Positions 25,601 through 38,400 of a stretch of 64,000 bases of DNA are shown in pieces; the first letter of the stretch is position 1; each line of letters opens with the position of its first letter. The DNA is taken from assembly GCA_043228905.1 (NCBI GenBank), contig JBHGNT010000007.1:21328001-21392000 (forward strand), in the 5' to 3' direction. Source of the stretch: Azolla caroliniana (Eukaryota > Plantae > Polypodiophyta). The notes under the pieces are model-generated. The model was not told where the DNA came from. It saw nothing but the letters and a program-made list of their open reading frames with translations, and ran no database searches. A program made the position numbers and the translations under genes.

Positions 25601-26894
25601 CAATTAATGTATTAATGACAAGAAAGTTCTGTACACAAATCCATTCCCTATGTGCAAAAAACCATAAGTGATTAAAAACACATCAATACGAATGTCTACT
25701 TTCCTACAAGGATATAAAGAAGTATTGACATTGCAGAGACATCTCGATACATTTTTTCATCCCCACAAGATTCTTAAAATAATTCCATTTTCTATTCACA
25801 CAAGGCTATTCTATAAGTGAATGCACATATGCATATACTCAAAAGCAGCCATATCTCAGAGAATGATAGTTTACCTCGATGGATTTGAAAATTCCTTTTC
25901 CATAGTTGCAACATCACAATCCATTAATATATGTTCTCACCATTCTCCATCCATACATATTAATCTATAGGCTATATATTTGATTTTGCTTAGAAGGATC
26001 ACAAGTTCAACAATAAATAATTCCTCGACATCCCAAGTTCAGTGAAAGTCCAGTGTAGATGGACCCATGGATTACAACTTTGTTTCTGTAGATTACATGG
26101 AGAAATAATTCATCTATACATTACTATGTTCATGGATGCAGTCCTATCTACTTCTAAACCAAGACACATATGCAGATCATGCATTAATCATGAAGTCAAA
26201 TAATGATCTACTTCTTGAAAGAACAGAACATATAGAGAAGTTATATTTGTGAATGAGATGACAAAAACATAATGTGTAGGTATTGGCAAACTCAATATGC
26301 ACCAGTAAAGAGAATATTTTCTACCTGCAAAAAGAGAGAACTCGATATACATCAATCACAAGAAAATAATTTGAAAACTTACAACACCTTTCTACTTGGA
26401 AAAGAAAGAAAAGGACATGATAACTGCCAATAACAAGACCTTTTACTTGCTAAAATAAGCTTATTACAAATTAAAATATTAGAAAAGAACAAAGGAAAAA
26501 GAAAGAGTATCAATCAGATGGAAAAACAAAAACAATATAAACAGTTATCCAAACAATAAATGGGAGTGAGAACTGGAAAACAAAACAGCATAAGGAATGA
26601 CATGAAAGACGGAAAGCAGGGGTCTCGATGAATTTAAATTAAACCAAATGAAATCTCATGAATCTATATTGAATCGAATTAAATCAGATGAAATTAATTC
26701 AAGGTAAATCAAATTGATTAGAATCAAATGGAGATGAGGCACAGAGAGAGAGAGAGAGAGAAAGAGACACATACCTTAACAATGTCAACAGGTTGGATGA
26801 CGCATGTGGCAAGCATACCAGATAACCCGCCATTAAGAAAAGGTTTAGAAGCAGACCAAACCTTATTCTGAGGCTGTTTATCAGAAGCCATCAT
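22691..26894 (-). CDS. DTC: Mitochondrial dicarboxylate/tricarboxylate carrier, 6 exons, ~299 aa: 26775-26894, 25411-25494, 24753-24814, 24246-24607, 23170-23384, 22691-22747
   Basis: Three carrier signatures (QPVDIVKVR, NPADLALIRMQ, LPFDYVKTQ), GLSAGLLRQATYTTARLG, C-terminal RIAPHVMMTWIFLNQ. GT-AG introns; 900 nt in frame. Confidence 0.92.
22850..23045. repeat. Tandem repeats in DTC intron 5
   Basis: gattatgaaagtaccggttaaat..gaaaatttgacacg and aatgatcaaca.tttcataa are repeated. Confidence 0.8.
23797..24272. repeat. ~225-bp duplication of DTC exon-4 end plus intron start, with an inverted filler
   Basis: Copies 23797-24022 and 24048-24272; perfect 20-bp inverted repeat 24000-24019 / 24031-24050. 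Confidence 0.9.
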
Positions 26895-27090
26895 GCAGAG
26901 AGAGAGACAGAGACAGAAGAAGAAACAGAGGTAAAGCAAAAACCCCTCTAAAACCCTTCTCTCTCTTTGTCTTTCAAAAGTAAAATCACTTTTATTAGAT
27001 ATGTATTATGTTTCTAAGCTTCTCTTTATTTCTGAATCTGCCTTCAAATCCAAATTTATGTTATGTATGTATTGAAGAAAGGAAGCTTTT

Positions 27091-27858
27091 TGTTAACATA
27101 TGCTTTTTCATAATAATAAAATCTTCACTTCAGTAGTGCGCTTCTGGTCGCATACAGAACATGGAAGGATCCAGATACGGATTATAATACCGATACAGAT
27201 ACGTACATTTTGGTGGTGAATCGAGCAAAGGTAGTTGTCAAGTATGTTACAGGCATGACCATTTAATATCTCATGGTAAGATTGTACCGTAGTATTTCTA
27301 TACACGTGGATAAAGTGTGAGGGTTAAACGAGAGGGTAAAGAAGGCAATGATTACTTTTAATCCTTGGGGTTGAGACAACCCATTAGGGCCAAGTGTGAA
27401 CTTGCATGGGGGGCCTTAGGTCTGGCTATAAATATGAGGCCTAGCTACCCTCATTTGATCATCTCTTGACTATGTCAAGACTCTGTCCTTGTGGTGGATC
27501 AACTCTTGTAGCGAGCGCGCTAGTGCCAGGTACGACTTGACACCACAACGGTGGTATAGGACGTCAATCGAGGCTTGAGTCCATCTCGATCCCTCACTCG
27601 GGGGTGGTTGAGTGGATCGACACCCTTCTTTCTCTCTCTCCTTTCTTATCTATTGATCTTTTATATCCTTATCTCATGCTTACATTAGGGTCTAGCTCTA
27701 ACAAAGTTCCTCTGAAGCTACTAACTCACTTAGTATTACACGATTAATAATAGTTTCTCTCTCACGCTCTCTCGCTTTACTCTCTTAAACACTTAAGAAG
27801 CAAGTAAAAACAAGATAATGTATTTATTCCACCACTCTTAATACAGAGAGGTCTAACA
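27091..27858 (+). mobile_element. Probable solo LTR upstream of the DTC start codon
   Basis: TGTTA..TAACA candidate termini, GGCTATAAATA box at ~27424, CT-rich U5-like tract. No TSD found; boundaries uncertain. Confidence 0.4.
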
Positions 27859-27860
27859 CC

Positions 27861-27864
<4 letters not shown>

Positions 27865-27906
<42 letters not shown>
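27865..27906. repeat. (GA)n microsatellite
   Basis: Direct reading. Confidence 0.95.
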
Positions 27907-27908
<2 letters not shown>

Positions 27909-28052
27909 TAATGTTTTTTCACCAATCACTATTGCTCATTCTCTCTTTGAGCTCCTAATTACAAAGAAGGAGATAGAGAAGAGGCTTAAGGCTTTAACCA
28001 CTGGGAGATTCTTAAGATCGAGAAGAAGCTTAAACGACACCACAAAGGTGGC

Positions 28053-28660
28053 ATTTATAGCTTTCACATCATGGGTGTGGTGGTCATTTCACACTAGGCC
28101 GCCCATTGGCTTGCCTCTCCCCCAATCTGAATAGTTCTGCTCCCCTTTTTTTTGTAGACTTTGTCAGTTGCTACGTGTTCCTTGTTGGTGCACTCTTCTT
28201 CACGACTGGTTGTGTGGCATCACAAATGCTCAACATATATGTATATGTATATGTATTTGTATCTATTTAGATGTAGATGTAGATGTAGATATAGATGTAT
28301 ATGTATATGTATATGTATTTGTATCTGTATCTGTATCTGTATCTGTATCTGTATCTTTCCGGATTGCGAATTTGTGTCGGCCGGAAAAAGGAAGGAACAA
28401 AATTGTTTGATGAAATATCACTTAAAGACCTCTAGAGAGGAAGAAGTGAGTTAAAAATCATCCATCCTCCAACTGCACTTTTGAAGTATAAAACAGAGCA
28501 GGAACAGGGGCAGGATCAGAGCAGGATCAGAGCAGGAACAGGGGCAAGGATAGAGACAGAGACAGAGACAGGAACAGAGAGAAGCTTCTTCCTTCATGTT
28601 ATGTTTTGTGCAGCCATGCTCCATTGCTACAGGGGCAGAGGTAGGATTGGTATAAACAGT
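28053..28660. promoter_or_regulatory. Putative divergent promoter region DTC / YqaJ-like gene
   Basis: Minus-strand CTATAAAT at 28053-28060; plus-strand TATAAA at 28651 followed by a CT-rich leader and donor G|GTAAGG at 28772/28773. Hexamer microsatellites at 28234-28335 and 28495-28580. Confidence 0.4.
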
Positions 28661-29891
28661 AGTGCTGCTTGTGGGCGATTCCTCCTCTTCTCCTCACCTG
28701 GTTTCATACTACCCCCCTGCAAACCCACCTTCTCCACACTATCTTCTTCTTCCCTGCACTTGGATTTCCCTGGTAAGGGCTTCCTTCTTTAAAACCTTGT
28801 GTTTTTTCTGACCCCCTTCCCGTTTTGTGGGTCTTTTGGCTATGGTGTGTATAGTGTTTATTTATTGATTTTAAATACATTTGGCATTATAAGCCTTCAG
28901 AAGAGTCATGCACATATAGCCATGTAAATAGATGCATTTAGAAGAGTCTTTTAGGCCTCTCATTTGCTTCCGGATGACCATTTTTTAATGAGGCCTAAGG
29001 TTTATTTAACTAGCGTAAATTTGGAGAGTAGGTCAGATATAGAACCTATAACCCATGGACAGTTCTTTGTTTCATTTCATGATGAAATGCAATTTTGTGC
29101 AACCATGTAGTAGACTGTATGTAGATGAGCCATTGGCTCCTGAACCACAATCTGGTCGTTTTTTGAGTTTTTGATAGCTATGGCTTAGATGTGGAACTAG
29201 GGTTATTTAGTTCAGTTAAAGCTTCCAGGCCATAGGTAGGTTCTGGATGATCATTTGGTCCACCAGGGTCACGTAGGGGGTAACTATTATCATTGGCCTT
29301 GAGTACCAGTGATATACCGATTACCTTGTGGATGACCCGTTCGTCCGCCACAGTCTAGATATCCATGATCTTTGAGTCAATGGATTCATTGGTGCATAGA
29401 CATTGACACTTTGGTTGGCCACATTTGGATTTGCATTGTTTAGAAATGTGTGCACAAACACACACGATTACACAAATAACACGAAGTGGTAAAACTGCTT
29501 CATCTCTAGCATACATAAAACAACAGTAGAATACATTTGTGAGCAAGAAACAAAATCCATAGTCACAGAGCACCATTTTGCAGGCAATAACAGTTGTACA
29601 TTCTTAGATTAGTAAAATGATCACACTTAGTCATTGCATAGAATGGAATAGATGCATAGAAAGGAAATTTCAGCAGTTTCTAATAGTTAATACGGTTCCC
29701 ATTTTTCCTGTTTCTGTTTTTTCTAGCATGTGTAGTCAACATTACTTGTGAACTTGTAACTGGTGCATGTTTTACTTCAAATGGGTGAACAATTCATTTT
29801 CTATTCAATGACGCAGCTTCTAATCATAGGCTGTCTACACCAGTAACCATTGTTATGCATGTGAGCAAAAACCACCCAATCTATGACAGTT

Positions 29892-30330
29892 GAATAGAAT
29901 AGAATTTTTATCTTCCACAAGGAGGCCAAATTTGACATATCGTCTTGTATGTGACTCCTTCCTAAGAGGGGCGGGGGGTTACTACTCTGTAGTAAGAAAG
30001 CTCTCTACGTGAGAATAATACACACTTATGTCTCACCCTTCGTGGTGGGGATTGGAGTATGACATTTAAATGATCATCTCTGCCTAATAAGTTATCATAC
30101 TTCTCACAAATTACCGTATACGGCGAGCATGCGAGAAGTAAGTGATATTCATCCTCCACTATGTTTTCGTTGCATACCCTGCATACCTTCGTACTATGGC
30201 GATGATGCCATGATCCTTCTTCAACACCTAACTTGTGTGAGAGAGTTCAGAGAAGTGTTAAGGTTCTCCAAGAGCCAAGGCTCATGAGGGCAGTAAGATG
30301 TGGTTGGATATGTCCTGGCATTTTTACCTC
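29892..30330 (-). mobile_element. 5'-truncated non-LTR retrotransposon 3' end with (ATTCT)n tail
   Basis: Minus-strand RTLSHKLGVEEGSW..VCRVCNENIVEDEYHLLLACSPY is a C-terminal Cys/His domain; gaatagaatagaat tail at 29892-29905. Confidence 0.65.
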
Positions 30331-31068
30331 GGTGGGGGCTGGGATCAAAACTGTAAATTCAAGTTCTATGCTCTAGGCTTACCTTCAACATGGCCTATTG
30401 ATATTTACAGGCTCTTTTTTGTTTTTCTGGATTTCCACATTATGTTTGGATGGAACCACGAGCAAGCAAAAAATTGGGGCAACTATATATTATGCCAAAT
30501 ATTTTAAGTTTTTTGAAAGATTTCCCAAAATGTACAATTTTTTTTGCTGATAATATTTACCAAAGGTAAAGTAAATATTACTAAAGAGTTTTTGAAAGAT
30601 GAGCACAATATTCCTATACTTCGAAGGTTATCTAAGATATAAATTTGCCTTACCATGTATGCTTAAAAAGTCATTGGTTTCCTTATTGCTTGCTTTGATT
30701 GTCAACTCTCAATGAAAAATTAGAGGAGAGGTTTACTTTTTAAATGAACTTGATCTTAGAAGGGGGAATTGTTTCTTGTCAAAGGTATTTCTCCAATATG
30801 AGAGGCTCATTAGATCATCGATGGTCATTAGCTGGATAGCTATGGTCTGGATATAGGTCTAAGACTAATTGGTATGTATGGCCCGGCCCATACACTATTC
30901 TGAAATTCTTCTTCCTTTTAATATACTTGAGTTCCCTTCCTTTTTCTCATAGCAACAGTATGGCTCTATCATTTTCAGCTCTTAAATTGTAGGAAAAGCT
31001 GTGATTGTTTATGTCCTGATCCATAAGAGTTGATGTAACAGTTTTGGATTGTTTTTTGTTTTTCAAAG

Positions 31069-31940
31069 GAATTTCTTTGATACAAAAAGATGACAAGACC
31101 CCAGCCAATAAATCCAATGCGACTGAAGTAAAGCAAGGCTCAGAGGATTGGCACAAACTGAGAGAAGGTAGGCTGACCTCAAGTTGCTTTGCAGCAGCAT
31201 TGGGTTTCTGGGGCTCAAACAAGTTGGTTCAACTTTGGGAAGAGAAAGTTGGTCTAAAGGAACAATTTGCGGGCAATGAGGCGACGGAATGGGGCAGAAG
31301 ACATGAGTTTTTTGCTATCGAAAGATATCAAGAAGCAAGCCGAAATGCGGTTCACTCATTAGGGTTCAAAATCTATAAAGAAGGCGATGAGCTACAAGAG
31401 TGGCTTGGTGCATCTCCTGATGGTTTGATCAATGAGGGAGAAAATGGGATCTATGAGAAATGTGGTATCTTGGAGGTGAAATGTCCTTATAATAATGGAA
31501 AGCCAGAGCTCTGTATGCCATGGGTATCTGTGCCTTTCTATTATATGCCCCAAGTGCAAGGGCTAATGGAGATTTTGGATAGAGATTGGTTGGATATGTT
31601 TGTTTGGACCTTAAATGGGAGTTGCATTTTTCGCATGCAAAGGAATCCTCAATATTGGGCATTAATTTTCGGTGTGCTGAGTGATTTCTGGTGGGTGAAT
31701 GTTGTCCCTGCGAAGCACACACAAAGACATGGAAATGCAAATGTGAACTCTCATCAGCCAGCCGGATTGCACAGATTAACTTCAGTTGTGATTGGAGAGA
31801 GCAAAAATGTTGCAAAAAAGGCATCATTGATATGGAAAGGTCCTCCGAGTATATTGGGAAAACTTTCTCCTACACAAGAAGCATGTGATCTTCTTGTACA
31901 TGAAGGATCACAAATGTCTCAAGTCTTAGGCTCATGTTAA
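31069..31940 (+). CDS. YqaJ/lambda-exonuclease-like (PD-(D/E)xK) nuclease, main coding exon; start codon probably in an upstream exon (candidate ATG-G|GT at 29781-29784)
   Basis: QGSEDWHKLREGRLTSS, WGRRHE, LGASPDG, ILEVKCP, YYMPQVQG are YqaJ motifs. Polypyrimidine tract plus AG acceptor at 31067-31068. Resembles the plant At1g67660-type family (from memory, not searched). Confidence 0.85.
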
Positions 31941-32627
31941 AGTCATTCCAATTATGAAGAATATTGATTGGTTTCTATCTTGTGTTCATGAAGAAAAATA
32001 CATCTTGGCATTTCATGTATGTAAATGCAATTCGGCACTACAGATGATAATAATCATCATACAAACATCTGCGTACTCTTTCTACTACATGTCTTAAACA
32101 GTTGACCAATGGTTATTTCATTCTGTGTGCTTCCCCCTCTTTGCTTCTTCTCACATGCCATGGATGTAGTTAAATGCAAAATATCGTTAGGAAGTGAGTG
32201 ATGGAGAATCATGTATGTAGTAAAGCTTCTTTTATATTCATTCGGAAAGTCTTTTCCACAACAATCAAAATGCTAGACTTGTGCCATGCAAATCAGTGGC
32301 TTATATTTATTAGCTTAAATATTGGCTCCATTACCTATTTATGGAAGACGATGTATTGTAGGGTTATATACAAACAACCATGTTTGGTCATGAGATATTA
32401 TACTGGTTATTTAGAGAAGAGATGATCGAGGTGCATAATGGTATTTTTTATTCACATATCCGTAAGGGATTTTTATTCATTGCATGTATGACAGTTGTAG
32501 AGTGCCCTTTACGTTGGGAAATGAAGATTGTTGATTGGATGGCATCAGGTTCAAATGATATCAAGGGATGCAATGATCAACGCTTTGTTTGATGCTAAAT
32601 GTATATGCTATCGTTTCCCAATGTAAT

Positions 32628-33014
32628 TTGATTTTAATGTTAGATATAAGATATTGACTCATTTTTTGTGAAGCATCCAGCATCTTCCAAGTTGTCGTGC
32701 AAAATTTGATAATATACCCTAAATTGGTTATGCAAATAATCAAACTTCAGGTTTTTGTGGCGACCATATTTATTTTGTCAAAATGTAATTTGTTTTTAAT
32801 GTTAGATATATCATATAAGATATTAACTCATTGGATTATTTATTTTGTCAAAGTCTAATTTGATTTTAATGTTGGATATAAGATATTAACTCATTTTTTG
32901 TGGAGCATCCAACATCTTCCAAGTTGCCATGCAAAATTTGATAATATACCCTAAATTGGTTATGCAAATAATCAAACTTCAGATTTAAGTGGCGACCATA
33001 TTTATTTTGTCAAA
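32628..33014. repeat. ~155-bp direct duplication
   Basis: tgattttaatgtt.gatataagatatt..gcgaccatatttattttgtcaaa at 32628-32782 and 32861-33014. Confidence 0.85.
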
Positions 33015-33989
33015 ATCTTGACTTAATGCATTCTCTAAGGTGTCCACATGTTGCAATGGCGGGGACCATAGGTGGTCTATAAACAATATTGATTTTCTAC
33101 GAAATAAAATTTCATGGTGGGTATGCATTGCATAAATTGAAACATAATGAATCTCAGAACATTAAAAACCAAGAGACTAAATTTGGTTAACAATGCAATA
33201 TATATATATAGATATATATATATATTTCTTTGATGCTTTATCTATGTATGACTATTCATTTGATAAAAACTATCAAAATCACCATTGACATAAAAGTTTT
33301 TGAAAAGAGACAAAGATTTGTCCTTCATGAAAAACACCCATTGAACTAAAGATTCCCTAAAAACAAAATTGGCCTATGGAAAAGAAACTTATAACAAAGA
33401 CAAGAAATTGCCATTGTTCGTCAAGAAATTGACAATGCTAGTCAAGAAATTGACATTGGTCGTAAACGCTCTAATATAGACAAGCACAATGTCGATCAGG
33501 ACAAGACATGAAATTGACAAATGTACAACAAAGGGGATGAGACCTACAATAGTGATTTGCCTTATTAATGCACTTATAAAAATTCATTTAGAGAGAAAGA
33601 GAGAAACATTGCCACCATTGAAGTAGGGCCAACATGAGGATATTGTATTGTCGTGTTGTTTATATCTATATATATATATATACATATACTACTTTTAGGA
33701 AAGAAGAGAGAGAGATTATTAAATATCTTTGGAGAGGACAAAGTAGTAGTAGCTTATGAGAAAACAAAAAAGGTTACAACATTATGTCACATGGTATTAA
33801 AGGAAGATGCTCTTGAACATTCAAACTAAATTATGAGGCTCGTATTATTGAAAAGTTACTCAAGATGAATGTAAAAGAAAAGATTTTGTCATAGCATGGC
33901 CCATGAAAAGATACTTTCCGTAACCAATTCATAGACCTACATGGCCAAATTCATTCCAGGGTTTTCCAAGCAAATGTTGGCTCTCCATC

Positions 33990-34180
33990 CTTTCTATTCG
34001 TATTTTAAGTGTGGAAAAGATTTTGTTGCGATTTTTGTTGACAATTATTTTCCTTCTTAAAAAATCTTGGTTGAGCCAACTCTTTCTATTGGTATTTCAA
34101 AGGTGTAAAAAGATTTATTGCGATTTGTTAACGATTATTTTCCTTCTTAAGAAATCTTTTTCGAGCCCAATCTTTCTAAA
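33990..34180. repeat. ~93-bp tandem duplication
   Basis: tttctatt.gtattt..aaaagattt..ttgcgattt..attattttccttcttaa repeated twice. Confidence 0.7.
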
Positions 34181-35473
34181 CATCAATTATTCACCTTAAA
34201 AAGAAGCTTCGTGGAAGTTCTACTATCAGGAACCATTAATATATATATAAGATATTTCGTCTATTGAATTAATGAATTTATTTGCACCAATCCCATATGG
34301 AAAACCCATGATTTTTTTATGATTTTAAAAAAGGAAATGAATTTCATTACTTTACCCATAAAAAAAACCCTTGTTTTTCCATGAGCCTTCGAGTGGTAAC
34401 AATCTAGGGATGAAAGAATACATAAACAATCTTTTTGTCCCTCTCCGTGTAGCTATGAATCTGAATAGACATTGGCAATTTGGAACACAAAGAAGAATGT
34501 AAACAATCTTTGTGTCTCTCTTATCATAACTATGGATCCCAATGTTTATAGCATGCAAGTCTTGAATCTCATAAGTTCTTAGTGTAATGCTCTTAATAAA
34601 TAAAGACAATGCAATGCAAATGAGTTGCAAAATGAGCTGATTCATTTTCGAAGTCAAAATGAGGTGGTTGCTTAGTATGTTTCAGTATCATAATGTGAGG
34701 CAATCACATTTCTGTTCCATTATACAACTAATACTGACAATGTGATGGGCATATTAAATTAAAGCTCCATCCTAGGATGCATACAAAAAATGCTCACAAC
34801 TCCCAAGCAAAGTTTTAACCTAAGTCTCCTTGTCCTTGATTGCCATTTGTCAATCACTTAGGGTCTGGGCCCTGGCCCCAATGCTGATCTTGGCAATGTG
34901 CTCCATTTCATTAAAGAGAAAAAAATGAAAGCAAAAATCTCTGTTTTCATGACTATTTCATCAACTATCTTATCTAAACAAGGTCATGATGCTCTTCAAC
35001 CTCCACCCTTATGCATTAATTAATTATTTTGCACATTGAGGTTAATGATGATGATTCAAGAGTAATGAATATGAAACCCAAATTTGTGTCCAATCTAGCA
35101 CTGTCGACAAAGCATAATTAGACTCGAGTATGATTTCGAGAAAGAGTTTAGAGGAGATAGCAAGAATGAGACATCCTTGATTGCTATATATCAAATTGAT
35201 AGTAAGCAAAGATCATTTTATTGCATGAAAATTGATAGTAAGCAAAGATCATTTTCACGCTATTCACACCATAGCTCTTTACAATATGATGGAATCCCAT
35301 GGCATCAACAAAAAGTGACATGGAGACGAAAGACTAAATAAGGTTATACCAACCAATGAATTAACGCACCAAGGAATTAAATAAATGCTCTACTCTCTTC
35401 AAAAAAATGCCACTCTTACAAAAGCTTCCCTCCCCCCCCCCCCATAAAATGAAAACTTAAACCTCTCATATTC

Positions 35474-38400
35474 TCAGCTACCAAAGCTTGACACTATTCC
35501 GAGAAGTGAGGAGTATGTCCCAGTTAAGGCACATACTACCCCTATCACAATGATGGTTATACAAACGAATACCTGGGAGAAAAACATAGAAGTCAACGAA
35601 GTGTTTTCATAAAAATCATGGAGTTGTTAGTTGTGAATTTATAATAAAAAAATCATTGTTTTCACCAGAGGACTAAGAAATGCACAAATATGATTTCAAG
35701 TATATATAATGGCAACATATATTAGTAATGAAGCAAATGTTTAGGATATATTGCTAAAAAAAACAATAATTTAGGGTGGAGCGTTTGTCACAATGGCATA
35801 AGCTTGCTTTATGATGAGACATTCATACCTGTAATATGCTAGCTTTCTTTCCAACAATTTTCAAGAAACATGCCGAGGGTAGAATCAAGCACTGTACGAT
35901 TGTTATAGAAAAACATCGAGATGTTAGAATCATGTTAACATGCTTCATGAACATATATTGCTTAAATATAATGGATGATTGTTTTAGTTTGGTTGGTGTT
36001 TTGTGCACATAAAGGTTATATTACTGAAAAAGCTGAAAAGACAGTAAAACGGGAAAACGACAATAATAAAAAGTATAAACAGAGAGAAAGAGATCAGGAA
36101 TTGTTTAGGCCATAGTTGAGATGTCAGCTCTTTGAAGACAGTGAGGTTATTAGTTCAATACACCAATGTGGATGTCAGGAAAGGTATTATATGGTGTACA
36201 AAGATGTGAAAATAGGGATTTGAGCATATGACCTTGTGTTTATCACCTATTAAGGTAAACCCATTACAAAGAAAACCAGATAGAAAGTGGGGGAACTCAC
36301 CACAAGCATGCTGAGCAATGAACCGATGAATGACATGACGTAAGCTGTATCATATACAAAACACATAATAAGATTATGGTAACAGCCAACTAGCTTAAAC
36401 AAGGAACTGAATCCAACAACAAAATGATGTTCAAATGCATGTTTGGATCCTTATAAATAATTTAAATACCAAGAAGTATAGTGTAAACAAATGAAAATCC
36501 TCTAAAGAACAGTTCAAACTGTGGCGGGGGGGATGGGGGACCTCTTACCGAAGAAAGGTATAAGAAGCGCAACAGATAGAGTAGACATCACAAGTACAGT
36601 TCGGACACCCATAGAAATCCAGAAGCTTTTGAGACCATAGCTTGATAGGGGAATCAATTCCTCCAAACATAATGCAACCGGAGTCATTGTCAATGCATAC
36701 GTATTCCGGACATTGAAAGTTAAAGAATTGAACCTCAAGAAAGTTTAAAGTGAAGTTGCTGTCTCCCAAGTAATACATGACTTGTGTTATACTTCCACAT
36801 GTAATATGCAAAAACCAGATATAAAAAACGAAGTTCAGCACTCTAGCATATTCATGAAGCCTACTCATGTTTATACTGACTCAAAAAGGACAATGAAAAT
36901 GGTTAATGATTCCATTCCATAATCCTAAAAAGCATTCTAAATGCTTCACACTTCTCCCACATAACATTTGCATATATGTCCATGAACTCTCTTCGAAAGT
37001 TGATGTCTTATAAATTGTCATTTCATATGTGCATATACATTAAATAGAAAGAGCATACCCTTTTAAAAAAACTAACAACTTATTTTCAAAAGGATATTTG
37101 GTGAAAGGATTGACAATCTGCACAATTAAAAAAAGAGAGAGAAACACATATTAAGATCTTGACCAAAAAACAACATTACTATTTTCTAAACAATCATTAG
37201 GATTCACAACAATGGTACGTTCCCCATTGAGTGAGAATACCGTTGTCCAAACTGCAACTTTTGAAATGAGAAACTTTCCCGGTAAGTTTAGAGTTATCTG
37301 AGACTCTGTCTCATCGCCAAACATTGTAAATCCCATGACTGCCATTCCACCATACATTATTGTGCAAATAATGAAGCTGTAATTAATAACAATTCTGACA
37401 TGGTGATTAGAACCTGTAGTAGAGGACAATCAATGGAGAAAAAAAGGTCATGCTAACATAAAAACACAAGATCATCCAGAGGCATTACCTTATCGTTAAC
37501 ACTGAGGTGAACTTTGAAGGATCCTTTAAAGAAGTATATATATTAGGGAAGACAGCATGGCCCGAATAGCAAAAACCATAGAGACCAATAGCCACTGGGA
37601 TACCAGAGAGATTCAATAAAGGACCGCTCTTGTGAAACCCCACACCATCAAAAATTCCAATCCAAGCGACACAAATAACGACAATGATCGATGCAATAAC
37701 CCCACCGGCTACAGATTATTTAAAAAAGGAAACAACACAGTCAGAACTCGGACTGTACATAACTGCATTACATCCGATAAGACAATCAATGCAATCACTA
37801 AACCTTTTTCCACTGTAAGTATTACATCAAACATTCAGAAAACAACATTAAGGCATCAATTGTAAGATTTTACCTCAGATGAAATATTGAGAAACTATTT
37901 TTTTCCATGTGTTCTCTCTAGATCAGGACATAACTAATTTGTACACATGGACCAAGACGCATATTATCACTTATTAAGTACACTATGTATGTTATGGGTA
38001 TACTATGTATTTTTCCATTATTTGTGTATGTGATGAACTCTATCCTTTCTGTGATAACATTATTTGGACCAGAACAATAACATCGTAACTGCTTTGGTTC
38101 TCAGTGAATGATGGCATTTTAAAAAAAGTACGTGACATGGATGTTCACACATACACATCCAAAATTATATGAATTGTGAAAGATCACTTGTGGAGTAAAT
38201 ATAGGAAAATGTCATTGATCAAAAAGATATCACACTAGATGTTTTTACCGGATACATAAGAAAGCAAACTTAAATCTCGAATCCATACTGTCGGCAAAAT
38301 AATCACGGCTGCTAATATAGTAAATGTCTGCAATGCTGTCACCTCAAATCCTTTAATGCTAACCCCTGCATTGGGGAACAAAGCTGACATGTTGTCACCT

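Noticed and set aside
31044-31940. Phage contamination or recent horizontal transfer of YqaJ
   Set aside because: Host-like composition, splice acceptor upstream, flanked by intron-containing plant genes, and a plant homologue family is known.
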